This document shows, in pieces, positions 29,281-38,026 of a stretch of 64,000 nt of DNA. Source of the stretch: Anaerolineae bacterium (GTDB taxonomy: Bacteria; Chloroflexota; Anaerolineae; Aggregatilineales; Phototrophicaceae). The stretch is from the NCBI GenBank assembly GCA_034436595.1, contig DAOTUO010000002.1, positions 5,120 to 69,119 on the forward strand, read 5' to 3'. Numbering within the stretch: the first letter of the stretch is position 1; every line of letters begins with the position of its first letter. Below the pieces are notes generated by a model that was given only the letters and a program-made list of their open reading frames with translations, was not told the origin of the DNA and ran no database searches. A program made the translations under genes and the position numbers.

Positions 29281-31398
29281 TTAAAGCGTACCTTTAATCA
29301 CTTCTTCGGCAATGCTATTGGGGGCGAGTGTGTATTTATCAAATTCCATCGTAAAGCTACCACGACCTTGCGTAATATTGCGGATGTTGGTCGCATAACC
29401 AAACATTTCCCCAAGAGGCACTTGTGCCGTAATACCACTGATACCAGTGCCACGCGGTTGCATTGCCTGAATCACACCACGTCGTGAGGACAAATCGCCC
29501 ACCACAGACCCCATGTAATCGTCTGGAACAACCACTTCTACCTTCATAGAAGGCTCAAGAATGACGGGACCTGCTTTTTGTACTGCATCTTTTAGACACA
29601 TTGAGCCAGCGATTTTGAATGCCATTTCGCTGGAGTCTACATCATGGTAAGACCCGTCTACCAATATTGCCTTCAGACCAACCATCGGGTAGCCAGCAAT
29701 CACGCCGCCCATAGCAGTTTCTTTGATACCGTTCATGGTTGGGCGGATATATTCGTGAGGAACAGTCCCGCCTTTTGTACCATCAACAAACAAGAACTCT
29801 GCATAACCATCTTTGTTGTCTTTGATGGCTCTGGCGCGGTCTTCTTCGGTCATGGGTTCAAATTCGACCACGACACGCGCATATTGACCACGACCACCCG
29901 ATTGACGCTTAAAGGTGGTATCCATACGGACAGAACGGGTGATGGTTTCACGATATGCCACACGGGGGCGACCTACCGTAGCTTGGACACCATATTCACG
30001 TTTCATACGGTCTACCAAAATTTCGAGATGCAACTCACCCATACCCTTAATTTTGGTTTGTCCGAGTTTGTCATCTACTTCTACAATGAATGTGGGGTCT
30101 TCTTCTGCAAGGCGACGCAACGCCAAAGCCATTTTATCTTGGTCGGCTTGGCTGTTTGGCTCTACTGCCACTTCAATCACGGGTGCAGGGAACGTAATGT
30201 TCTCTAGCATGATTTGATTGTTGGGGTCAGACAGGGTATCGCCCGTGAAGGTTTCTTTTAGGTTAATGATGGCGGCAATATCGCCTGCGTGTACTTCGTC
30301 AACATCTTCGCGGCGGTCTGCAAACATGCGGACGATACGCCCAACACGTTCACTTGTGCCTTTGGTGGTGTTTTGAACACTGGTGCCAGTACGAAGCACA
30401 CCAGAATACACACGGGTGAATGCCAAGCGACCAAAGCGGTCGGTGATAATTTTGAACACCAACGCCGAGAGAGGATCATCATCATTTGGATGACGTTCTA
30501 TTTCTTCATCGGTTTTTGGGTCAAGCCCTATAATCGCAGGCACATCCAAAGGCGATGGCAACAAATCAATCACGCGGTCAAGCATCATTTGTACGCCCTT
30601 ATTTTTGAGGGCAGACCCGCAGATGACAGGGTGCAATTTACCTTTGATAGTGGCATCACGCAGAGCAGACAAAATTTCATCATCACTGATTTCTTCTTCC
30701 ATCAGGAATTTTTCAGTGAGAAATTCATCTACTTCAACAATACGGTCAACCATTTCGGCACGTTCTGATTGGGCAAATTCCATAAAGTCATCAGGAATGG
30801 GGACATTTTCAATGTCTGTTCCCAAGTCATTGCCATAGATGACCAATTCCATCTTGAGCAAATCTATAATGCCCTTAAAGTCATCACCTTCGCCATAAGG
30901 AACTTGAATTTTGACTGGTTTACCAGCAACGCGATCAACAATCATGTCAACACAACGTTGAAAGTTTGCCCCAGAACGATCCATCTTATTTACAAAGCAA
31001 ATACGAGGAACATTAAAGGAATCGGCTTGCCGCCAAACAGTTTCGGATTGGGGTTCTACGCCCATCACACCATCAAACACGACCACGCCACCATCGAGTA
31101 CGCGCAAACTGCGTTGTACCTCTGCGGTAAAGTCAACGTGACCTGGGGTGTCAATGAGGTTAATATGATAACCCTTCCATTGGCATGTTACTGCCGCCGA
31201 TGTAATGGTAATCCCGCGCTCGCGTTCTTGTTCCATATAATCGGTGGTCGCCGCGCCTTCATGTACTTCACCAATCCGATGCACCATCCCCGTATAATAG
31301 AGGACGCGCTCGGTGGTGGTGGTCTTGCCTGCGTCAATATGGGCAATAATGCCGATATTTCGCACCTTATTTAAATCGAGTTTCATATTTTTTGTCAT
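29281..31398 (-). CDS. fusA: Elongation factor G
   Basis: 705 aa. [24 protein letters not shown] motifs. Confidence 0.98.
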   Translation of the reverse strand: MTKNMKLDLNKVRNIGIIAHIDAGKTTTTERVLYYTGMVHRIGEVHEGAATTDYMEQERERGITITSAAVTCQWKGYHINLIDTPGHVDFTAEVQRSLRVLDGGVVVFDGVMGVEPQSETVWRQADSFNVPRICFVNKMDRSGANFQRCVDMIVDRVAGKPVKIQVPYGEGDDFKGIIDLLKMELVIYGNDLGTDIENVPIPDDFMEFAQSERAEMVDRIVEVDEFLTEKFLMEEEISDDEILSALRDATIKGKLHPVICGSALKNKGVQMMLDRVIDLLPSPLDVPAIIGLDPKTDEEIERHPNDDDPLSALVFKIITDRFGRLAFTRVYSGVLRTGTSVQNTTKGTSERVGRIVRMFADRREDVDEVHAGDIAAIINLKETFTGDTLSDPNNQIMLENITFPAPVIEVAVEPNSQADQDKMALALRRLAEEDPTFIVEVDDKLGQTKIKGMGELHLEILVDRMKREYGVQATVGRPRVAYRETITRSVRMDTTFKRQSGGRGQYARVVVEFEPMTEEDRARAIKDNKDGYAEFLFVDGTKGGTVPHEYIRPTMNGIKETAMGGVIAGYPMVGLKAILVDGSYHDVDSSEMAFKIAGSMCLKDAVQKAGPVILEPSMKVEVVVPDDYMGSVVGDLSSRRGVIQAMQPRGTGISGITAQVPLGEMFGYATNIRNITQGRGSFTMEFDKYTLAPNSIAEEVIKGTL

Positions 31399-31444
31399 AC
31401 CGTTATGTTAAGTCTCTCACTCGTTGATTAGCTTAGATTCTATC

Positions 31445-31912
31445 TTAGCGGAAATGTGCAAAAGCACGGTTGGCTTCTGCCATGCGATGCGTGTCATCTT
31501 TTTTCTTGACAGCGGCACCTTGTCCGGTGGCGGCATCCATTAATTCGGCGGCAAGTCTGTTCGACATACCACGACCACCCCGCGCACGGGCATATTGAAT
31601 AAGCCAGCGCATTGCCAATGAGGTCGCCCGCGATGGCGCAACTTCTACTGGCACTTGGTAAGTAGACCCACCCACACGACGCGGTTTGACCTCAACGGTT
31701 GGGGTCGCATTGCGAAGGGCTTGCTCAAAAATTTCCATTGGGTCTTTTTTGGCACGTTCTTCAACAAGCGCGAGCGCATCATACACAATACGTTGTGCAA
31801 CGCTCCGTTTGCCACCATACATCATCCGATTAATCATCATGGTGATGTTCTTGCTGTTATATTTACTATCGAGCGGGACAACCCGCTTGGCTGGTGTACT
31901 ACGTCTTGACAT
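31445..31912 (-). CDS. rpsG: 30S ribosomal protein S7
   Basis: 155 aa. VPLDSKYNS and AFAHFR at the C-terminus. Confidence 0.97.
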   Translation of the reverse strand: MSRRSTPAKRVVPLDSKYNSKNITMMINRMMYGGKRSVAQRIVYDALALVEERAKKDPMEIFEQALRNATPTVEVKPRRVGGSTYQVPVEVAPSRATSLAMRWLIQYARARGGRGMSNRLAAELMDAATGQGAAVKKKDDTHRMAEANRAFAHFR

Positions 31913-31924
31913 GATTAGGCTTCC

Positions 31925-32374
31925 TTATTTCTTCTTGCCAGTGGGTTGCGGTTGACCAGGCTTTGGACGTTTTGCGCCGTATTTACTCCGTGATTGTTGC
32001 CGATTTTTCACGCCGTCACTATCCAATGTGCCACGCACAATATGATAACGAACACCGGGCAAATCTTTAACACGACCACCGCGAATGAGGACGACACTAT
32101 GCTCTTGCAAGCTATGACCTTCACCAGGGATATAAGCAGTTACTTCTAGCCCATTGCTAAGGCGAACACGAGCAATTTTACGCAACGCCGAATTCGGTTT
32201 TTTTGGTGTGGTGGTACGCACAACTGTGCAAACACCACGTTTTTGGGGCGCACCTTTCATACGGCGCGTCCGTTTTTGCGAAAACACATTTAACGTATAT
32301 TGAAGCGCAGGGGACTTTGATTTCTTGCGTTTGCTAGAACGCCCTTTACGCACCAACTGGTTGATTGTTGGCAT
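31925..32374 (-). CDS. rpsL: 30S ribosomal protein S12 (with ~15-aa insertion near the N-terminus and short basic C-terminal extension)
   Basis: 149 aa. [35 protein letters not shown]. Confidence 0.97.
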   Translation of the reverse strand: MPTINQLVRKGRSSKRKKSKSPALQYTLNVFSQKRTRRMKGAPQKRGVCTVVRTTTPKKPNSALRKIARVRLSNGLEVTAYIPGEGHSLQEHSVVLIRGGRVKDLPGVRYHIVRGTLDSDGVKNRQQSRSKYGAKRPKPGQPQPTGKKK

Positions 32375-32603
32375 AATCTCTCCACATCAACTAAATGACA
32401 TCACTATTAAAATTTTCTTGCCAGACTATTCTGGCGTTAAACAAGCAAAAAAACGCACAAACTGAAGTATGTCCGTATGCTTCTGGCTTCCAGAACACCG
32501 AGCCACCTACCACAGTTAGTAGGCACTTTCGCTGTTATCATCTTCAATTCAGCACAGAAACATTGCCCCCGTGGGGGTTGCGTGCTGTCTCTAAGTGGGG
32601 AGT

Positions 32604-32632
32604 ATCATATCATCCCGTGTTCTAATTGACAA
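32604..32632 (-). promoter_or_regulatory. Sigma-70-like promoter of the rpsL (str) block, giving a ~220-nt leader
   Basis: Minus strand: TTGTCA (32632-32627), 17-nt spacer, TATGAT (32609-32604). Confidence 0.5.
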
Positions 32633-32884
32633 GGGCTGTAAATACACCAGTTTGTGCCATTCATCCGCATCTTTTAGACCATTTTGCACAAATCCATGTC
32701 TCTATCCTTAATTATCCCATTCCCAAAAGACACGCGGGTCACCATAATCGGCTAAATTCACTTCTCTGGGCATGGGTCGTATCGCAACATCGGCTGGAAA
32801 AACAAGGTGTAGCCTATACCTAAATGGATATAAGACACAGCATCAGCAAAATAAGTGCGCGAAGAGAACACCTCCACATGGCAC

Positions 32885-32913
32885 AAAAAACGCCTTACTA
32901 TCATTGTAAGGCG
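32885..32913 (-). terminator. Intrinsic terminator of the FHA-receiver gene
   Basis: CGCCTTAC (32891-32898) pairs with GTAAGGCG (32906-32913). The minus-strand copy is followed by T6 (A6 at 32885-32890). Confidence 0.75.
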
Positions 32914-32954
32914 TGTGAAGAACATATCGAAAGCGTGGTAGGGGAATAAGCGGG

Positions 32955-33869
32955 TTAGCGTAGCCCAATGCCTCTATCGACATCGGCAGAATTGGGGACA
33001 ACTTTGCTCATCCCGCGCAACAATTCATCTATACCCACTGGCTTGGTGAGTACCATATCTGCGCCTGCATCTATCGCCTGTCCCATCTGATACCCGCCCG
33101 TTGAGCCACTCACCACCACAATCGGCACCGTTGCGCCTTTGGCGTGCTTGCGGACAAAGTGAATCAGGTTAAGCCCATTGCCCTCACTCAGCATGAGTTC
33201 CATCAGGACAATATCGGGCATGTTGTGTTCGACTAGGGTGATGGCTTGGGTCAGATTTGATGCCCATATCGCCACGAATCCCGCCTGTTCCAACACCGAT
33301 TTAATGGCATTGGCGACTTGTTCCTCTTCTTCTAAGATGAGGACGCGCTCCCCTTTTGAGATGGTGGGGATAATCACCTCATAAAACGGCATATCCTCTT
33401 TTTCATAGCTACTCGGTGTGACAACAAAAAATAATTGCACTTCTAGGCGACCAAACAGCAGGCTATCACCATGTTTGAGCCGATATTCCTGCCCTGCATC
33501 GAGCCGACCACTATTGAGGTACGTCCCGTTGGAACTGCCCAAATCGCGGATGCTCACACGACTATTACGTGCCGATATAACTGCATGAGTGCGTGACACC
33601 CCATGTTCATACCCGTTGTAAGTGGCTAAATCTACCTCTGGACGGTTGGTGCTATCGGCATCACCACGCCCAATCATCATAGATTCCGTGACTTTCACCT
33701 GTAACACCGTTGGCGTGCCAACAATTCGCAATTCAATCACCCAAGGGATGGCATAATCCAACGGACCTGTGCCTTGTCTGGGGGGAAGATTAGAGACCAC
33801 ATCTGGGTTGAGATGGCGGGTGACAGAATTTTGAGGCTTCGTGTCTGCCATAAGATTATCCTTCAACAT
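32955..33869 (-). CDS. FHA domain protein fused to an atypical (Glu-for-Asp) receiver domain
   Basis: FHA: MMIGRGDAD, GVSRTHAVIS, IRDLGSSNGTYLNSG, GDSLLFG. REC: RVLILEEEE, PDIVLMELML, VVVSGS, VLTKP. Likely true start is ATG 33851 (MADTK; AAGGA 8 nt upstream). Confidence 0.85.
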   Translation of the reverse strand: MLKDNLMADTKPQNSVTRHLNPDVVSNLPPRQGTGPLDYAIPWVIELRIVGTPTVLQVKVTESMMIGRGDADSTNRPEVDLATYNGYEHGVSRTHAVISARNSRVSIRDLGSSNGTYLNSGRLDAGQEYRLKHGDSLLFGRLEVQLFFVVTPSSYEKEDMPFYEVIIPTISKGERVLILEEEEQVANAIKSVLEQAGFVAIWASNLTQAITLVEHNMPDIVLMELMLSEGNGLNLIHFVRKHAKGATVPIVVVSGSTGGYQMGQAIDAGADMVLTKPVGIDELLRGMSKVVPNSADVDRGIGLR

Positions 33870-33964
33870 CCGAACACTGTAAAAAGTTGTTTATATATTC
33901 ATTGTATCGCTAATTATACTAAAAAGAAAATACACACACATTTTTCTTACAAATAACCGCCGTA

Positions 33965-33989
33965 AAGCCCCTAGCTTTAGCTATCGGGA
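33965..33989 (+). repeat. Copy A of a 25-nt intergenic repeat
   Basis: AAGCCCCTAGCTTTAGCTATCGGGA matches 34267-34291 at 22 of 25 positions. Both copies are followed by GTATGT(G/C)AT. Confidence 0.6.
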
Positions 33990-34045
33990 TATAAGGTATG
34001 TGATGTGTGTGGCTAGATTTTGTATCGGCAATTGTCGTATAAAAT

Positions 34046-34075
34046 TTGCCACACCACCACATTTTGTGCTATCAT
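34046..34075 (+). promoter_or_regulatory. Orphan plus-strand promoter (extended -10)
   Basis: TTGCCA (34046-34051), 18-nt spacer ending TGC, TATCAT (34070-34075). No plus-strand CDS lies downstream. Confidence 0.45.
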
Positions 34076-34266
34076 GATAAGCACAGTGGGACATCACTGA
34101 CAGATTTAAGGCTTTAGCCCAATACCGTTAAGATAAGGTTTTTTATCCCCACCCCACGCCGTGCGTACAACAGAAGCCACTGCTCTTCAGGGCATGTGGA
34201 GCGTCACTACTGTCTCAGTCAAGAGAAGACCAGTACATAAACTACGGCACTTGATGTTAACGGCAG

Positions 34267-34291
34267 AAGCCCCTAACTTTAGGTATGGGGA
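34267..34291 (+). repeat. Copy B of the 25-nt intergenic repeat
   Basis: AAGCCCCTAACTTTAGGTATGGGGA; see copy A. Confidence 0.6.
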
Positions 34292-34310
34292 GTATGTCAT
34301 AAATAACAAC

Positions 34311-34340
34311 AAATCCCTGCCTCTAAAGGCAGGGATTTTT
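34311..34340. terminator. Bidirectional intrinsic terminator (acyl-CoA dehydrogenase gene on minus strand; candidate sRNA on plus strand)
   Basis: AAATCCCTGCC TCTAAA GGCAGGGATTT followed by TT ATATT. The 11-bp stem begins 23 nt after the minus-strand stop at 34363. Confidence 0.75.
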
Positions 34341-34362
34341 ATATTATGCACGGGTTATGGGT

Positions 34363-35532
34363 CTATTTGAACAATTCACGCACAATGATATTGCGTTGAA
34401 TTTCGCTTGTGCCTTCGTAGATTTGGAAGATTTTCACATCGCGGAGCAATTTTTCTACGGGATATTCCTTCATAAAACCATATCCACCGAATACCTGCAC
34501 GGCATCTACGGCGGCTTTGGTCGCCATATCAGCGGCAAAGGCTTTGGCATAGGCGGCGAGGCGTGGATTCACCACGCCGTGGTCAACTGCCCATGCCGCT
34601 TGCCACACCAACAAACGGGCGGCTTCGTAATGGATTGCCATATCGGCAATTTTGTGACCAATGGCTTGATGTTGGAAAATCGGTTGACCAAATGCCTCGC
34701 GTTCACGGGCATATTTGATAGATTCTTCCAATGCACGGCGTTGCAAGCCAACAGCACCCGCCGCCACACCCGGACGGCTATAATCGAATACTTTCATCGC
34801 CAAATAAAAACCACTGCCTTCTTTGCCAATCATATTTTCTTCTGGCACTTCCACATTTTCAAATACGATTTCGGCAGTGTCTGATGCCCGTTGACCCAAT
34901 TTATCAAATTTCTTGCCCACACTCACGCCAGGGGTATTGCGGTCAATGATAAATGCGGTCATCCCACGATGACCCGCGCTGGGGTCTGTTTTTGCAAATA
35001 CGGTGAAGAAATTGGCATAGCTGGCGTTAGTGATAAAGGTCTTTGACCCGTTAATCACATAATGACTGCCTTTTTTATCGGCACGGGTTTGAATCCCGAC
35101 CACGTTAGAGCCAGCCGCCGCTTCGGTCACACCATAGGCGACAAATTCACCTTTGTCTACCAAACGTTCACCGAGCCAATATTCTTTTTGGGCTTCACTG
35201 CCACCCAAAATAATCGGCAAGTCGCCCAAGCCATTCGTCCCGATGCTGGTGCTAATCCCAGAGCAACCATACGCCATTTCTTCGCTCACCAGACATTCTT
35301 CAAAGACAGATGCACCCACCCCGCCATAGGCTTCGGGGATGTTCATATTGACGAGTCCAATTTTGCGGGCTTTTTCAAAAATATCTTTGGGGAAAATCGC
35401 ATCACGATCATAATGTTCAGCGACAGGGATAATTTCTTTTGTGGCAAAATCCCGCGCCATTTTTTGTAATTGTTTTTGGTCAGGGGTTAGCTCAAAACTC
35501 ACACCACCAACAGATTCTAAAGTCGCAACCAT
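34363..35532 (-). CDS. Acyl-CoA dehydrogenase
   Basis: 389 aa. YGCSGISTSIGTNGLG, GSKTFITNA, and C-terminal QIYEGTSEIQRNIIVRELF typical of the ACAD family. Confidence 0.92.
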   Translation of the reverse strand: MVATLESVGGVSFELTPDQKQLQKMARDFATKEIIPVAEHYDRDAIFPKDIFEKARKIGLVNMNIPEAYGGVGASVFEECLVSEEMAYGCSGISTSIGTNGLGDLPIILGGSEAQKEYWLGERLVDKGEFVAYGVTEAAAGSNVVGIQTRADKKGSHYVINGSKTFITNASYANFFTVFAKTDPSAGHRGMTAFIIDRNTPGVSVGKKFDKLGQRASDTAEIVFENVEVPEENMIGKEGSGFYLAMKVFDYSRPGVAAGAVGLQRRALEESIKYAREREAFGQPIFQHQAIGHKIADMAIHYEAARLLVWQAAWAVDHGVVNPRLAAYAKAFAADMATKAAVDAVQVFGGYGFMKEYPVEKLLRDVKIFQIYEGTSEIQRNIIVRELFK

Positions 35533-35618
35533 AATTTAAGTCTCCAAGTAAAAAAATTTAACGATGATTAGATTATATCAAATACTAGGCGAAAAATGCA
35601 ATTTTTTAATGGACACTA

Positions 35619-35649
35619 TTCATAGGGATGGACATATCACCCCTATGAA
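35619..35649 (-). other. 9-bp hairpin downstream of the hydrolase gene
   Basis: TTCATAGGG (35619-35627) pairs with CCCTATGAA (35641-35649). Contains the TAGGGA core seen in other intergenic palindromes. Confidence 0.4.
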
Positions 35650-35679
35650 TCATGAAGATACACAGCGCACTACGGGACA

Positions 35680-36438
35680 CTAACGAAGACGTGCCAGCAA
35701 CGTGAGGGTGGCGTTGGTAATTTGTTGTGTCTGAGACTCGCGGCTGATGGTAGCGGGATTATCACCCGGTTGGTCGCCATACCAACCAAAATTAGCATGA
35801 TTGCCACCCACAATTTCGACAAAAGTCGTATTGGTGGGCAAATAATCCGCAGACCCCAGCACCGTATTTGGTGTGGCAAGTCCGTCTAATGCACCATAGA
35901 TAGAGGTCACTTGCAAATTTGTTTCTGCAAGGCTTTTGCTGGCATCTGGATACGATGCCCATAACACCAACCCACTCATTTTTTCGGGATTATCATACGC
36001 ATACCAAGCCGCCATTGCCCCACCGAGTGAATGACCGCCGATTGCCCATGTTTCGATATTCGGAAAGCTGGCTATCACACCATCTGCACCTGTGATATTA
36101 AAAATGGCAAAATTGAGAGGCATGGGGACAATCACCACCAAATAACCCTCCTCTGCGATGGCATGGGCAGTCGGGGCATACGATTCGGGAAGCACTTTTG
36201 CGCCCGGATAAATGATAAACCCAACAGTGGGGTCTTGGTCGGTTGGCATAAATACCAGATAGGTATCTGTAGAAACTTCCACATCACGATCCGATTGCAT
36301 CGCATCCCGCGCTTGTGGCATAGCTGCGCCAACAGGGGTTGATAACCATACCAATCCACCGATGATACCCACCAATAAAAAAACGGGGATGAACCACAAT
36401 AATCGTCTGAATTTTTTAGACATACAAAGAACGCTCAC
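35680..36438 (-). CDS. Alpha/beta-fold hydrolase with N-terminal membrane anchor or signal
   Basis: 252 aa. Nucleophile elbow GGHSLGG; hydrophobic N-terminus LLWFIPVFLLVGIIGGLVWL. Alternative ATG start at 36423. Confidence 0.75.
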   Translation of the reverse strand: MSVLCMSKKFRRLLWFIPVFLLVGIIGGLVWLSTPVGAAMPQARDAMQSDRDVEVSTDTYLVFMPTDQDPTVGFIIYPGAKVLPESYAPTAHAIAEEGYLVVIVPMPLNFAIFNITGADGVIASFPNIETWAIGGHSLGGAMAAWYAYDNPEKMSGLVLWASYPDASKSLAETNLQVTSIYGALDGLATPNTVLGSADYLPTNTTFVEIVGGNHANFGWYGDQPGDNPATISRESQTQQITNATLTLLARLR

Positions 36439-36500
36439 TATATAAGCTAATAGAGAGCGTCATCTTATCAGGATTAAATGAGCCTTAGATAACACCTATC

Positions 36501-37529
36501 TCATTTTTTGATGAGTTTAAGCATCGCCTCACCTGCGCTTAATCCAGACATCACTGCGCCTTCTACCCGCGCAGACCCAAAACTATCTCCCGCCAAAATA
36601 AGCGGTTGGGGGGTCTGTGTGACCATGCAATGCTCGGCAAATGGGTTTAATGGACGAGAATAACGCCACCGCTTGAGTTGTGCCTCGCGGATATGCACCC
36701 GTTCATCCATAAAAATTCGCAAATCGGTGATAAGCGCATTGAGAACTCGTTCATCTGGTGCATCCCACAATTGATGGCTATATTCTTCACTCGCCTGAAC
36801 GGTGACTAAAATGCCATTGGGTGATATACCCTTTTGATGATTATCGGCAATCCACGTAATATTGCCAGTGCGCCGTTGAATGGCACCTGGGGCGGGCAAG
36901 GTAACACGTCCGCCTTCTATCCAAAACATCCCCGCCAGACAGGGTGCATATTCAATTGCCATGACCAATTCTTTTTCTGTGGGGTTCAGAAAGGTTGCGC
37001 CATCTTCTAATATAGCGAGTGTTTGGGGCATGGGTGGGGTCATGATGAGCGCATCACTGGTGAATAAATCGGCATTTTCATCCTGAAAGACCCACCCTTG
37101 TTCATCATATGTGGCGGTGACGATTTTACGACCAAGCCGAATATCGTTTAGCCCACTCGCCACATGCTTGGCAAGCGCGTTCATGCCACCACGCACTGCA
37201 TAACGCGGATGTCCATCGGTTGGGGTGGTAGCAAGGCTTCCATCGTTAAACCCATATGACCACACATAGACCAAATCTTGGGCAACCCATTCATCTACCA
37301 TCGCCTGAAATTGTGGATGACGTACCGTAAAAAATTGTGCGCCATGGTCGGCAACACCCGTACCAATCCGCCGTGTGGCAAGCCGTCCGCCCACGCTGGT
37401 GGCTTTGTCCATCACACACACACTAACCCCGTTATCTTGCAGTACACGCGCCGCCAATAACCCGCTAATGCCTGCGCCGACCACAATCACTTCTGCTGTC
37501 ACCTGATTCATATCCCGCGCTTTCACCAT
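36501..37529 (-). CDS. FAD/NAD(P)-dependent oxidoreductase (amine-oxidase / renalase-like)
   Basis: 342 aa. Dinucleotide fold VIVVGAGISGLLAARVLQDNGVSVCVMDKATSVGGR. Confidence 0.8.
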   Translation of the reverse strand: MVKARDMNQVTAEVIVVGAGISGLLAARVLQDNGVSVCVMDKATSVGGRLATRRIGTGVADHGAQFFTVRHPQFQAMVDEWVAQDLVYVWSYGFNDGSLATTPTDGHPRYAVRGGMNALAKHVASGLNDIRLGRKIVTATYDEQGWVFQDENADLFTSDALIMTPPMPQTLAILEDGATFLNPTEKELVMAIEYAPCLAGMFWIEGGRVTLPAPGAIQRRTGNITWIADNHQKGISPNGILVTVQASEEYSHQLWDAPDERVLNALITDLRIFMDERVHIREAQLKRWRYSRPLNPFAEHCMVTQTPQPLILAGDSFGSARVEGAVMSGLSAGEAMLKLIKK

Positions 37530-37559
37530 ACACTGACCAACCTATACTCTATTGGGCAT

Positions 37560-37928
37560 TTATCCCAATAAGCGACCAAATAAAATCGGTAAATTCTCTG
37601 GCTCAAAGGGTTTCACCAAAAAAGCAGAAGCCCCTGCCGCCATCACTTCATCACTCACATCTAACCCAGAGGTCATAATAACAGGGGTAGTGGCGAATGT
37701 GGGATGAACCCGTAAATGGCGCAACACCTCGACTCCGTGCATATCATTGAGATGGTAATCCATCAAAAAAATATCGGGATTCGATTGTTCTGCAATTCCC
37801 ATTACATCGCCACCACGATTTGCAACCACCACATCATATCCATCCAATTCCAGAAGTGTTTGAAGCAATTTTACCGTTGTGCGGTCATCATCTACAATCA
37901 TTACTTTTGCCAAAATATAGCCTCGCAT
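37560..37928 (-). CDS. Single-domain response regulator (CheY-like receiver)
   Basis: IVDDD, FLMDYHL (phospho-acceptor Asp), MTSG and VKP all present. Trimmed to ATG 37928; the ORF track begins at TTG 37949. Confidence 0.85.
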   Translation of the reverse strand: MRGYILAKVMIVDDDRTTVKLLQTLLELDGYDVVVANRGGDVMGIAEQSNPDIFLMDYHLNDMHGVEVLRHLRVHPTFATTPVIMTSGLDVSDEVMAAGASAFLVKPFEPENLPILFGRLLG

Positions 37929-37997
37929 CTTTTTTTGGTTTAACGACAAATTCTATGAATAGTGTATCTGTTAATTGCCTAACTGTCCATAAAATGA

Positions 37998-38026
37998 TTG
38001 ACAAAACTCATATTTTGGCGTTCAAT
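37998..38026 (+). promoter_or_regulatory. Sigma-70-like promoter of the ABC-F gene, giving a ~250-nt leader
   Basis: TTGACA (37998-38003), 17-nt spacer, TTCAAT (38021-38026). Confidence 0.5.

Larger units (their letters stand above)
34082..34340 (+). ncRNA. Candidate unclassified small RNA (~260 nt) bounded by promoter and terminator
   Basis: Lies between the orphan promoter and hairpin 34311-34338 plus T-run. Internal complementary segments include CCGTTAA (34125-34131) with TTAACGG. No match to tmRNA, RNase P or SRP core motifs that I can recall. Confidence 0.3.

Noticed and set aside
32395-32823. Plus-strand ORFs 32395-32625 and 32626-32823, and tiny minus-strand ORFs (19-21 codons), in the rpsL upstream region
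   Set aside because: They have no RBS and implausible composition. They overlap the predicted rpsL promoter and leader, and there is no supporting similarity. The region is treated as noncoding.
34029-34041. 11-mer AATTGTCGTAT shared with 39993-40003 (upstream of the MFS gene) as a possible common regulatory motif
   Set aside because: Exact 11-mer repeats are expected hundreds of times by chance in a 64-kb window. The flanks do not align.
34161-34370. 69-aa plus-strand ORF (GTG start) across the candidate sRNA region
   Set aside because: It runs through the terminator hairpin and into the acyl-CoA dehydrogenase stop. It has no RBS and no recognisable protein features.
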